This document shows positions 47,971 through 55,922 of a stretch of 64,000 nucleotides of DNA, in pieces. This DNA is from a virus. The notes below the pieces were generated by a model. The model was not told the origin of the DNA, did no database searches, and saw only the letters and a list, made by a program, of their open reading frames with translations. The stretch lies in IMG/VR virus record IMGVR_UViG_3300050821_004478. The stretch is one strand, 5' to 3'. The first letter of the stretch is position 1. Every line of letters begins with the position of its first letter. A program made the translations under genes and the position numbers.

Positions 47971-48902
47971 TGATTCTGATTGGCTCACAAGCACTCAAGA
48001 TTGGATTGGAAAAGATCGGTCTGCCTCTAGGCAGAGTGCCGACCGACTTCGATTTTCTCGCACGTCCAGGCGAGCGCCAATTGGCAGACCTAGTTGGAGG
48101 AGCTAATCTAACCGTTGTAAAGGTTAGCCAAGACAAAGCACTTTTGAAGTCGCCGCACGGCAATATGATCGAAATTGATTACACGCGTCCTGGGACATCA
48201 AACGTATTGTACGATCAGTGGGCCGAGACAATGGCGAAGCTAGATACCGCCGAGTTCTTTGGGATGCAGATCGAGGTCGCGCCGCTGGAGATGCTGTACA
48301 GCTTGAAGAAGTCGCATCGCCACAGTCCCCGGATGTTCGAGAAGCATGTCAAAGACTACAATGCTCTTCGCGTGATCTTTAATGGCAAGGATGCGTTCTC
48401 CAAGATTACGGCGACGCGATACGCGGAGGTCGCGGCTAGAGAAAAGCTGCGCACCCCAAGTCTAAACAAGTCCACGGTAGACTTCTTCGATGACAAAGTC
48501 TCGAATCGCACCTTCATCCACGACCAGATTCACGAGGTGATGGCGCACGGTGATCGACCGATGTTCGAGAAGATCAAGATCGACCCGGACAAGGTCGCGT
48601 GTTCCAAGGAAAAGTTTTACGCGCTGCATTATCGGGAGCGCGCCGCCTGCGTGCAAGAGGAGGCATATGTTATCGCGCTGGAGCGGGCGATGATACCGAT
48701 GCTCTTCGAGGGCGAAAAGATCGCCAATCCCCTGGCCGCATACAAGTGGGCCGTGATGCGAATCTGCACCACGCTGTGCTCTGGCTGGTTTCGCGAGTGG
48801 GCCGTGGAGAACTACGACAATATCATTCTGCTGTACAATAAGGATTACGTGGAGAAATTTTTGAAAGCGGTCGAATCGGGTCGCATTGAAAGGATAAAAT
48901 GA
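47970..48902 (+). CDS. Hypothetical protein with Pol-beta-type nucleotidyltransferase-like N-terminus (310 aa)
   Basis: 'IGSQALKIGLEKIGLPLGRVPTDFDF' fits hG[GS]-x(n)-DhD. Confidence 0.35.
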   Translation: MILIGSQALKIGLEKIGLPLGRVPTDFDFLARPGERQLADLVGGANLTVVKVSQDKALLKSPHGNMIEIDYTRPGTSNVLYDQWAETMAKLDTAEFFGMQIEVAPLEMLYSLKKSHRHSPRMFEKHVKDYNALRVIFNGKDAFSKITATRYAEVAAREKLRTPSLNKSTVDFFDDKVSNRTFIHDQIHEVMAHGDRPMFEKIKIDPDKVACSKEKFYALHYRERAACVQEEAYVIALERAMIPMLFEGEKIANPLAAYKWAVMRICTTLCSGWFREWAVENYDNIILLYNKDYVEKFLKAVESGRIERIK

Positions 48903-49054
48903 GCAACGCACCTTATCAAGTCGAGATTAAGCGTTTGACAACAATTTCAGAGCGCCAATCCAAGATGCTCGCGCAGGCGTTCTCCATCGGTTGTATGCGC
49001 TTCGTTGGCGTGAACCGCACGAAGTTGATTCGATGGGCCAAGGCGGGGAAGTGA
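48899..49054 (+). CDS. Hypothetical protein (51 aa)
   Basis: ATGA upstream and GTGA downstream coupling. Confidence 0.4.
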   Translation: MSNAPYQVEIKRLTTISERQSKMLAQAFSIGCMRFVGVNRTKLIRWAKAGK

Positions 49055-49269
49055 ACGAAAAGAAACAATACCTGATCTACGGAGTTCTCGTGGAGGCCGT
49101 CAAGTCCGAGGGCAGCGGCTTCTACGATCTCACTATACCGGTGACAGGTGATAAACAGCGATACCTAGCAGACGTATTCGAAGATATCGCTATGCCCCTG
49201 GGAGCGTGCGCGACTCATCGAACGCCGCACCCGAAGAACGCTGATTGCAGGGAATGGAGCCACGTATGA
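49051..49269 (+). CDS. Hypothetical protein (72 aa)
   Basis: GTG start coupled to the upstream stop. Confidence 0.45.
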   Translation: MNEKKQYLIYGVLVEAVKSEGSGFYDLTIPVTGDKQRYLADVFEDIAMPLGACATHRTPHPKNADCREWSHV

Positions 49270-49499
49270 GTCATCTAAGATTTGATCTAAAACCGAATCC
49301 CGGCAACAAGACCTGCCGGTGGTTGATCGTCAATCCCGCAGGTGACCCAGATACCGGCTCGGGCCAGCTTGGCTTCATCGAGTATCGCCCCACTTGGCGG
49401 CGATATGTGTGGGGCACGCTTAACAATGCAATATTCGATGTCGATTGTACCCAGGAGATCGTGGACTTCCTGCGGCTACACAAGGATGATAGACAGTGA
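49266..49499 (+). CDS. Hypothetical protein (77 aa)
   Basis: ATGA coupling. Confidence 0.5.
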   Translation: MSHLRFDLKPNPGNKTCRWLIVNPAGDPDTGSGQLGFIEYRPTWRRYVWGTLNNAIFDVDCTQEIVDFLRLHKDDRQ

Positions 49500-49795
49500 T
49501 CGTTGGATTCCAGCCGGGAGGCAGCGTGCGGGATGCGCGCGTCGTGCTGCAGCCGAACGAGACTGTCCCGAACCGCTACAACGTTCCGGAGGCCGTTATC
49601 TACAGGGAGGACCCGGAGACCTTTGAATGGATTATGGTGAAGCCGAAGTTCTCCGTCTTGCCGGTTGACTCGCCGCTTCTGTCCCAACCGACCCTCCCGG
49701 AGGTCGAATTATTTCCCTTGACAACGGGGGAAAACTCTGATACGCTGTTTGAGCATCAAGACATTATCAATTTAGAGGAAGAGGTGAAGGAATGA
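49496..49795 (+). CDS. Hypothetical protein (99 aa)
   Basis: GTGA coupling. Confidence 0.5.
   Translation: MIVGFQPGGSVRDARVVLQPNETVPNRYNVPEAVIYREDPETFEWIMVKPKFSVLPVDSPLLSQPTLPEVELFPLTTGENSDTLFEHQDIINLEEEVKE
49708..49736 (+). promoter_or_regulatory. Promoter TTGACA-17-TACGCT (internal)
   Basis: ttgaca acgggggaaaactctga tacgct. Same -10 context as at 28362. Confidence 0.45.
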
Positions 49796-50277
49796 CGCTC
49801 ACCACGCGGGAGAAATTTCTGCTGGTAATTTTGGCAGCCGTTCTGTGCTCCTGGCTCTTCGGATGTAAGAGGGAACACTATGTCGGTGTTCCTTCTCCCA
49901 CCAACGGCATAACTGACGTAGCGCATCTACAGCAAGCTTACGCCGTCTACAACGAGGGTTATTTTCAAAACAAGCTGACCAAGACACCGGTAATCGACAT
50001 GCTGGAGTCAGACGACGGGAATATGGCGAGCACCCTTTGTGATGTGGACCGTAGTTGCATCATTCACTTTAATCTAAAGTTCGTCTTAGCGCCCCGAGTC
50101 GGGGACCAGACCCTTCTTCACGAAATGTGCCACGTCCAGACTTGGATGCAGGATATGGACCGGAACGGCGACCAAGTCGATCACGGGCGACATTGGCGCA
50201 GTTGCATGCTGAATCTGGATGCGCAAGGCGCTTTCCGAGAGATTCTGATCGACGACTACGCGGAGACAATGCCATGA
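49792..50277 (+). CDS. Lipoprotein with SprT-like HExxH zinc-metallopeptidase motif (161 aa)
   Basis: Lipobox 'SWLFGC'. 'TLLHEMCHVQTW' is HExxH. Confidence 0.5.
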   Translation: MTLTTREKFLLVILAAVLCSWLFGCKREHYVGVPSPTNGITDVAHLQQAYAVYNEGYFQNKLTKTPVIDMLESDDGNMASTLCDVDRSCIIHFNLKFVLAPRVGDQTLLHEMCHVQTWMQDMDRNGDQVDHGRHWRSCMLNLDAQGAFREILIDDYAETMP

Positions 50278-50657
50278 AATTTAGTATTATAGTTCGTAAG
50301 CAAGGTAAAAAAGAGACGTGGCGGGAAGATTACAACCGAACAGATGTTCTCAATCTGGACGAGGCAGCCCATTGGGGCCGCAAGCTGATAGACGCATTCA
50401 ACGACTCTTTGAGGTCCTACGAAGAGCCGCGAGAATATGTAGGTGTTCAAGAATCTCCAGACAGCGTGGCCGTTGCTCCCCACGAATGGCACAAGACCAA
50501 TCTGGTCACGATTATCAAGGGTCACGAGGCTTACGATACAGCGATATGCCTGCGCTGTAATATCACAGGCAAGCGCTTTGGACTCGGTGGCGTGACGATT
50601 GACCCGAAGTTCAAGGCCAAAAAATACCAAAGCTGCAACCCGAAAGGAAAATCATGA
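50274..50657 (+). CDS. Hypothetical protein (127 aa)
   Basis: ATGA coupling. Confidence 0.55.
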   Translation: MKFSIIVRKQGKKETWREDYNRTDVLNLDEAAHWGRKLIDAFNDSLRSYEEPREYVGVQESPDSVAVAPHEWHKTNLVTIIKGHEAYDTAICLRCNITGKRFGLGGVTIDPKFKAKKYQSCNPKGKS

Positions 50658-50848
50658 CAGCCAAACAACTAGCCAATTTACCTCTCGGCTCCCGGGTCCG
50701 ACTGGAAGGCCCTGGTGGCGAGGAAGGTGTGATAATCAAAATCGGGCCAGTGGTATATATTAGTTGGCCGGATTCGGATGTCGTGAATTATGTGGACACG
50801 AATTCACCGAAGTGGCGAACGTTCATAAGCTGGCTGGAGATCGCATGA
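50654..50848 (+). CDS. Hypothetical protein (64 aa)
   Basis: ATGA coupling. Confidence 0.5.
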   Translation: MTAKQLANLPLGSRVRLEGPGGEEGVIIKIGPVVYISWPDSDVVNYVDTNSPKWRTFISWLEIA

Positions 50849-50946
50849 TAGCCGGACACGGGTTAAGCATCTCCGGTCTCATTCTGGGAATCCTCATGAT
50901 CGCGGCGCTAGAAATTTGGACTCGCTGGCTGTGGAGAAGAAAATGA
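50845..50946 (+). CDS. Micro-ORF, TM peptide (33 aa)
   Basis: Translation MIAGHGLSISGLILGILMIAALEIWTRWLWRRK. Coupled at both ends. Confidence 0.4.
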   Translation: MIAGHGLSISGLILGILMIAALEIWTRWLWRRK

Positions 50947-51125
50947 AAAATCGCACCCTTGAGGTCTTTATTTTGATAGTGCTTTTCTCATGGATAACTC
51001 TTGTTGCATTCGACGCCCGCCGCAAAAATAATGAGTGCCACAACCAATGCGCCCACGGCAACCGGGCCTGCCAAGATCGCTGTTTCAAACAAGAATTCTG
51101 TCCCGAGGGAGACTTACCAAGATGA
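50943..51125 (+). CDS. TM + Cys-rich small protein (60 aa)
   Basis: Translation MKNRTLEVFILIVLFSWITLVAF...CHNQCAHGNRACQDRC. Coupled. Confidence 0.45.
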   Translation: MKNRTLEVFILIVLFSWITLVAFDARRKNNECHNQCAHGNRACQDRCFKQEFCPEGDLPR

Positions 51126-51268
51126 AACACACCCGCGCTCTGATCTTTATCGCCGCCACTTTAATCTCGATTGGAATATTCTTGACGACTGGATTGTATT
51201 GCGTCCGACTCATCAACGCGATTTATGGGACGCACCAACCCCGGTATCAAGTGATGAGACTAAAATAA
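51122..51268 (+). CDS. Micro-ORF, TM peptide (48 aa)
   Basis: Translation MKHTRALIFIAATLISIGIFLTTGLYCV... ATGA coupling. Confidence 0.4.
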   Translation: MKHTRALIFIAATLISIGIFLTTGLYCVRLINAIYGTHQPRYQVMRLK

Positions 51269-51271
51269 TCC

Positions 51272-51300
51272 TTGACAAACTTTCCGAACTGTGAGAGACT
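51272..51300 (+). promoter_or_regulatory. Promoter TTGACA-17-GAGACT (TGn extended) upstream of the integrase
   Basis: ttgaca aactttccgaactgtga gagact. Confidence 0.5.
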
Positions 51301-51320
51301 TGGTGCATGGAGAAAACAAG

Positions 51321-52220
51321 ATGACGTTTCAATCACAGGCTGAGACTTTCATGTCTGAAATTGCCCTTCGCAAAAGTGACCCCGCGAAAGTGAACACTTT
51401 GCGCGTCTATCGCTCCATCATCGACTTCCGTCTCCTACCTGCCATCGGCGGGCTGGAATTGCAGGAGGTCAACAACCGAACTGTCAAGGTACTCGTTGGC
51501 CGTCTCGCAGAGGCTGATCTGAGTCCCGCCACCATAACCTTGGCAGTCAGTCTCGTGAAGCAGGTTGTCAAGTCTGCGGTAGACGACGAAGGAAATCAAC
51601 TTTATCCCAGAACGTGGAATACCCGCTTTATCGACGCCCCGAAGATCGACAAATCAGCCCAGAGGACCCCAATTGCCACATCCCTGGCGCTGGGAGGCGC
51701 TGTGGCAGCCGTAAGGGGCGAAGTGGGGGGATTAGTGGCCCTCCTGGCTGGGACCGGCCTACGGGTCGGGGAGGCCCTTGCCATGCATAAGATCGACGAC
51801 GGGGTGTCCAACTATTGGGACCCGGCAGCCGGGACCATCGCGGTACGCGCGACCCTGGTCAACGGCAAGTTGCAAGACTCCACCAAGACCAAGGCCGGGA
51901 CCCGTATCGTGGACTTAGACCCGGCACTGAATAGCCTCCTGCATTCGGTATTCGCGATTCGCGATTCAAAAATATTTGTATCCTCGGAGCGCACTCTTCG
52001 CCGCCGCATAGAAGAACTCGGGCTAGAAGGTTTTCACTCCATGCGCCGCTTCCGCATCACCCACCTGCAAGCCGCGAGCGTCCCCGCGACCCTGGTGAAG
52101 TTTTGGGCCGGTCACGCGGCGGGCGATGTTTCTGAAAGATACACAAAATTTGGGGAGCAGATTATGGTCAGAAAAACATGGGCCGATAAGGCAGGTTTGG
52201 GGTTCGATCTTCATGCGTAA
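51321..52220 (+). CDS. int: Tyrosine recombinase / phage integrase (299 aa)
   Basis: GGAGAA SD. N-terminal SAM-like core-binding region. 'GLRVGEALAM', 'HSMRRFRITHL' and 'WAGHAAGDVSERYTK' give the R..HxxR..H..Y pattern. Confidence 0.85.
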   Translation: MTFQSQAETFMSEIALRKSDPAKVNTLRVYRSIIDFRLLPAIGGLELQEVNNRTVKVLVGRLAEADLSPATITLAVSLVKQVVKSAVDDEGNQLYPRTWNTRFIDAPKIDKSAQRTPIATSLALGGAVAAVRGEVGGLVALLAGTGLRVGEALAMHKIDDGVSNYWDPAAGTIAVRATLVNGKLQDSTKTKAGTRIVDLDPALNSLLHSVFAIRDSKIFVSSERTLRRRIEELGLEGFHSMRRFRITHLQAASVPATLVKFWAGHAAGDVSERYTKFGEQIMVRKTWADKAGLGFDLHA

Positions 52221-52256
52221 ACAACGTCAAAAAGCTATACCTTTTTAGGAGGAAAC

Positions 52257-52748
52257 ATGACTGATCTTAGAGAGATGGGAATTTGTGACTTCTGGGGAGA
52301 ACCCCACGCGTTTAATGCAGGTGCCCCGAATTGTCGCAACTGGCGTCCTGTGAAGCCAATCGAATTCGACAAGACTGTCGAGGTCGTGAACCAGAAGAAC
52401 TCCTTCGGCGTCTGGATTGACGGAATCTTCCGCCCGGTCGACCTGGGCGCATTAGTCAAAATCTTCCAAGTGAAAGACGCGGCGATGGACGAGTTGAAGA
52501 GAGAGAACCTGCGGCTGCAGTCGGAGGTTCAGAAGCTGATATTCCAAGTTGACAACGAGAGGGAGATCGGAAAGCAGATTGGCCGCTGCTTGAAGGACGA
52601 GCAGGAGAAGACCATGAATGCTCAAATGTTCGGCGTCTCCTGCGTCTGCAAGTGGCAGAGCGGGAAAGTCGTATCTCTCTGCGGCGCGCATCAGATGGCG
52701 ACAAACGAAATCGCAGAAAAATTCCGCAAGTTGACGGAGAGTCTATGA
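52257..52748 (+). CDS. Hypothetical protein with coiled coil (163 aa)
   Basis: TAGGAGGAAAC SD. Confidence 0.6.
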   Translation: MTDLREMGICDFWGEPHAFNAGAPNCRNWRPVKPIEFDKTVEVVNQKNSFGVWIDGIFRPVDLGALVKIFQVKDAAMDELKRENLRLQSEVQKLIFQVDNEREIGKQIGRCLKDEQEKTMNAQMFGVSCVCKWQSGKVVSLCGAHQMATNEIAEKFRKLTESL

Positions 52749-53131
52749 GGCTCCCCGGCTTCCTCCGCAGGTGGGCCGCAATGTATCTCGTGTGGAACAA
52801 GAACGAGATCGGCGGCATCCTCTACGATTACGCGAACGGAAATTGGAATGTGATCTGCCAGTGGGAGACAGACGCGGATAGGAAGGCAGCGATAGCCATA
52901 GTCGACAACATGCAAGACAGAGAGGAAGACGAGATTTACGTCAACGCGATTAAAACGAATGCCGGTGCGGGTCTCTTCATCGTGGAGGATTCCAACTTCG
53001 GGTATTTCTTCCGCGCATTTCATCCCGGCGCGTACGAGATTGAAGAGGCTTTATTGGACACGGCGGCGCGGTGCCGCAAGATCGCGACGAAGATGGGATA
53101 CAGGAAGCCGGACGACGAGGAGGCTGTATGA
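52745..53131 (+). CDS. Hypothetical protein (128 aa)
   Basis: ATGA coupling. Confidence 0.55.
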   Translation: MRLPGFLRRWAAMYLVWNKNEIGGILYDYANGNWNVICQWETDADRKAAIAIVDNMQDREEDEIYVNAIKTNAGAGLFIVEDSNFGYFFRAFHPGAYEIEEALLDTAARCRKIATKMGYRKPDDEEAV

Positions 53132-53358
53132 GCGTGAAGACTATATCTTTTCAGACAAGGACGGAGCAAGTTATCTACAACATGATGATCGCAGCGTTAA
53201 AGGACTTCAAACTGATGGAAGATCGGTTGGCCTCTGCGCAATACCGCGCAAGGCAGGTGGCGAGTTTTCCTCCTTGGCTCCAGGAAGAGCAAGAGGGCGC
53301 AGCAAAACAGGAACTGAAAGACGCCCAGGCGGCTTACGATAACCTGGGTGGAGTATGA
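53128..53358 (+). CDS. Hypothetical protein (76 aa)
   Basis: ATGA coupling. Confidence 0.5.
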   Translation: MSVKTISFQTRTEQVIYNMMIAALKDFKLMEDRLASAQYRARQVASFPPWLQEEQEGAAKQELKDAQAAYDNLGGV

Positions 53359-53483
53359 CACTCCTCCAGATTCTCGCTCTCTCAGGACTGTGCGCCTTTG
53401 TGATCTTGGGCGCCTTTGTGATCTTGGGCGTCTTCATCCTAGCCTGCATTGCCACTTTCGAGGACGATTACAACGGCTGGTGA
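53355..53483 (+). CDS. Micro-ORF, TM peptide containing an 18-bp tandem duplication (42 aa)
   Basis: Translation MTLLQILALSGLCAFVILGAFVILGVFILACIATFEDDYNGW. ATGA coupling. Confidence 0.4.
   Translation: MTLLQILALSGLCAFVILGAFVILGVFILACIATFEDDYNGW
53392..53427. repeat. Perfect 18-bp tandem duplication gcgcctttgtgatcttgg x2
   Basis: Seen directly. It duplicates the 'AFVILG' segment. Confidence 0.95.
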
Positions 53484-53521
53484 TGACGTTTCTATATCAT
53501 CAGTACCAATAAATGAGATTT

Positions 53522-54349
53522 TTATAGTTTCGATGAAGAAAATTGGTAAGGTTCGAAGTCTCTCGCGTACTGATCGGTAGGCTTCACCGTCGCTAGCAAG
53601 TAGCGGGCGCGCTCAATTCTCTTCCCCAGGTCCGCCTCGTTGTTCTGGTAGATGTCCAAGCTGCCGTATCCTCGAAATCCTACATGCGCGCATACCGGCG
53701 TCTCCGGATACACGCAAGACATCCCCTCCTGCTTCATCACCCGTCTAATCAGCCAATCGTCCAGCGTTGAAACCTCCCACGGCGGGAAGTGTTTGTCGCA
53801 GTATGCCTTTGTGTCTTGGAAATATTCAGAGTTGATGTGTGGGACCAGGGCATCGAGGAGAGGTCTGCGAAGACAAGAACCCGGGTTACAATAAAGGTCT
53901 CTGTATTGCCAACGGAGATCGGGATGTTTGCGGCCACAAGAAGCTGCAACCTTATTAGATTGCTCTGGCCCAATACAACCTTTAATGGCTGACCGATGCC
54001 ACGTAAAAAATGTCTGAGGATACACGAGTACATCTTCTTCAATCAGCCAGCAACGCTCGGCTCCGGTTTCGTATCCGGCTTTTAGAGACATCAAAATGTT
54101 GTAGGTACCGGAGGCGACTTTAGTGTGGGGCTTGGCGTGAAAAATCTGCGCTCTAGGAAGATACTTGTCTCGGACATATTCTACCTCGGCCACCCGCATC
54201 TCAGGAGACGTATCTAGAAAGATTCGGACGTCGTCAGGGGCATTGATAGCTTGTTCAAGTTTTTCAAGACACAGTGCTAATAACTCGGGCCGCGCAAAAG
54301 TTGGTATTACAATAATCTCGCTCAATGTGGCCTCCCGGACATCGGGCAT
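53522..54349 (-). CDS. GT-A fold glycosyltransferase (GT2-like) (275 aa)
   Basis: 'IIVIPTFARPELLALCLEKL'. Acidic 'LIEEDVLV' motif. Confidence 0.5.
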   Translation of the reverse strand: MPDVREATLSEIIVIPTFARPELLALCLEKLEQAINAPDDVRIFLDTSPEMRVAEVEYVRDKYLPRAQIFHAKPHTKVASGTYNILMSLKAGYETGAERCWLIEEDVLVYPQTFFTWHRSAIKGCIGPEQSNKVAASCGRKHPDLRWQYRDLYCNPGSCLRRPLLDALVPHINSEYFQDTKAYCDKHFPPWEVSTLDDWLIRRVMKQEGMSCVYPETPVCAHVGFRGYGSLDIYQNNEADLGKRIERARYLLATVKPTDQYARDFEPYQFSSSKL

Positions 54350-54783
54350 TTTTTCTTGTTACTTTTACCACCGGGGCCATTACAGTTATTACAAAGAACT
54401 TGATACCCTTTGGGATATCTGTTTTTTCTGAGAAAATTTAAGAGAGCACAGCTAGAAATTCTTCTGCCGTTCTTTCCCAGATGTTTATAACCATTGCCTT
54501 TGATGTGATCTAGTTGTAGAAAGCCAAAATAAATTGTTCGGCACCCTAGGCACATGCATTTCAATTTACCTTTACTATAGTATGTAAGCACATCTCGACG
54601 CAATCGCGACGCAGCTTCTCGCACTGATCTATTTATAATTTTTCTGTATTGGGGATTTTTTCTGCGATCTCGCATGCGCAAACGGCCATATCTTCTGCTG
54701 CGATAAAGGACACAGTCATCACAATATTTCTTAGTGTTGTGATAACTTCTTCTGATTGATTTTCTGCATCTTAAGCATTCCAT
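54322..54783 (-). CDS. HNH endonuclease (153 aa)
   Basis: 'LQLDHIKGNG' and 'VLCNNCN', plus N-terminal CxxC/CxxC. Sits just downstream of a terminator hairpin. Confidence 0.7.
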   Translation of the reverse strand: MECLRCRKSIRRSYHNTKKYCDDCVLYRSRRYGRLRMRDRRKNPQYRKIINRSVREAASRLRRDVLTYYSKGKLKCMCLGCRTIYFGFLQLDHIKGNGYKHLGKNGRRISSCALLNFLRKNRYPKGYQVLCNNCNGPGGKSNKKKCPMSGRPH

Positions 54784-54794
54784 TTTCTTTCTCC

Positions 54795-54834
54795 TGAATA
54801 GAAAGAGGCCGGAAGCGATTCAGGCGCTCCCGGC
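54795..54834 (-). terminator. Stem-loop terminator on the minus strand
   Basis: On the minus strand, a 10-bp stem gccgggagcg/cgcttccggc with a 7-nt loop, followed by ctctttct. Confidence 0.5.
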
Positions 54835-54922
54835 TCATTGCTTCATGAAACAAATTCTTCATCGAAACCAGAAAAACCTCATTTATGAACGCCGATGACA
54901 TAAAAACATCATCGACAAAGTT

Positions 54923-55111
54923 TTACCGAGATCGGCTTAATTCTTTCTGTCCGCCCTCGACCTTCGGCATCCCTTCTTTCTGAAACTTCTGTGGGTCAAA
55001 GTCGTCGAACGCTGCATCCCACTTCTTATCCGGTACGCTGATGTTCGCTGTGAACTGCGCTCGTATTGAGCCACGAGCTAAAGCATCGCCACCACCAATA
55101 TTATTCAGCAT
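54923..55111 (-). CDS. Hypothetical protein (62 aa)
   Basis: ORF track. Confidence 0.5.
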   Translation of the reverse strand: MLNNIGGGDALARGSIRAQFTANISVPDKKWDAAFDDFDPQKFQKEGMPKVEGGQKELSRSR

Positions 55112-55692
55112 TTGATTTTCTCCTTTTCTATATATTCTCCGTGCTTAGGTGCAAACGTCTTACAAAGTTTTCCCGATTCAATCAAGCCAACTACTTGATT
55201 ACAGGCTCGACAAAGTAGGCATCGAACGCATGAGCCACAAGATTCGTCTCCATTGTTACAGCATGTATGGTCGTGGTCGACACAAAGACGCTCAATAGTT
55301 TCCGGTTTCTTACAGATGGCGCAAACAACTTCCCCGTCAGAGTTGGTTTGACGTTTTCTCATTGACAAAAGACGATCTATGGATAAGCCGAATCTTGAAA
55401 CTTGAAGAAGCAATCGCTTCCATCCCCTAGGTCCACCATTCTCTTTAACACACTGAGCGCAATTCACCGGGTGTTGACGACCATGTGTATAATGCGGAGC
55501 TATAAATTCGTGACCGTTCGCCTCGCATCTTAATACAGGAACCCAATTCTTTTGAGAGTTATCCCAGCATTTAACCGCTCGCCCCGTGTAGACCGCGTGC
55601 AAGCCTCCATTAAGCCGAATGCGCGTTCCTCGTAGTTTCCCGATGCTATCTGTGGCACGGGCTTTCATTCTTGTTATTTGACGATTATTCAT
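55105..55692 (-). CDS. Endonuclease VII family nuclease with N-terminal extension (195 aa)
   Basis: 'VCAICKKPETIERLCVDHDHTCC...CVRCLLCRACNQVVG'. Start MNNRQ overlaps the upstream stop. Confidence 0.7.
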   Translation of the reverse strand: MNNRQITRMKARATDSIGKLRGTRIRLNGGLHAVYTGRAVKCWDNSQKNWVPVLRCEANGHEFIAPHYTHGRQHPVNCAQCVKENGGPRGWKRLLLQVSRFGLSIDRLLSMRKRQTNSDGEVVCAICKKPETIERLCVDHDHTCCNNGDESCGSCVRCLLCRACNQVVGLIESGKLCKTFAPKHGEYIEKEKIKC

Positions 55693-55867
55693 TTTCTGCG
55701 TCTGTGCCTTTCTTCCTTGCGGCCAAAATCTTATCTGCGAATTCGGCTCTACTCTCGGCAACCGCGCCGAGTAGCTCGTGAAGCTGGGGCAGCTTGCCCG
55801 CAGCGTGCAAACGCTCTACTTCCGCTTGGAAGTCTGAGGGTCCGTATTTCTTCTCTTTCTCGCTCAT
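55685..55867 (-). CDS. Hypothetical helical protein (60 aa)
   Basis: GAGGA SD. First gene after promoter 55884-55912. Confidence 0.5.
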   Translation of the reverse strand: MSEKEKKYGPSDFQAEVERLHAAGKLPQLHELLGAVAESRAEFADKILAARKKGTDAENE

Positions 55868-55883
55868 ATTAATCCTCTAAACC

Positions 55884-55912
55884 AGTGTATCACAAGGATG
55901 TGCCCTTGTCAA
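55884..55912 (-). promoter_or_regulatory. Promoter TTGACA-17-TACACT (minus strand)
   Basis: Reverse complement reads ttgaca agggcacatccttgtga tacact. Confidence 0.6.
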
Positions 55913-55922
55913 GCGTTATTTC

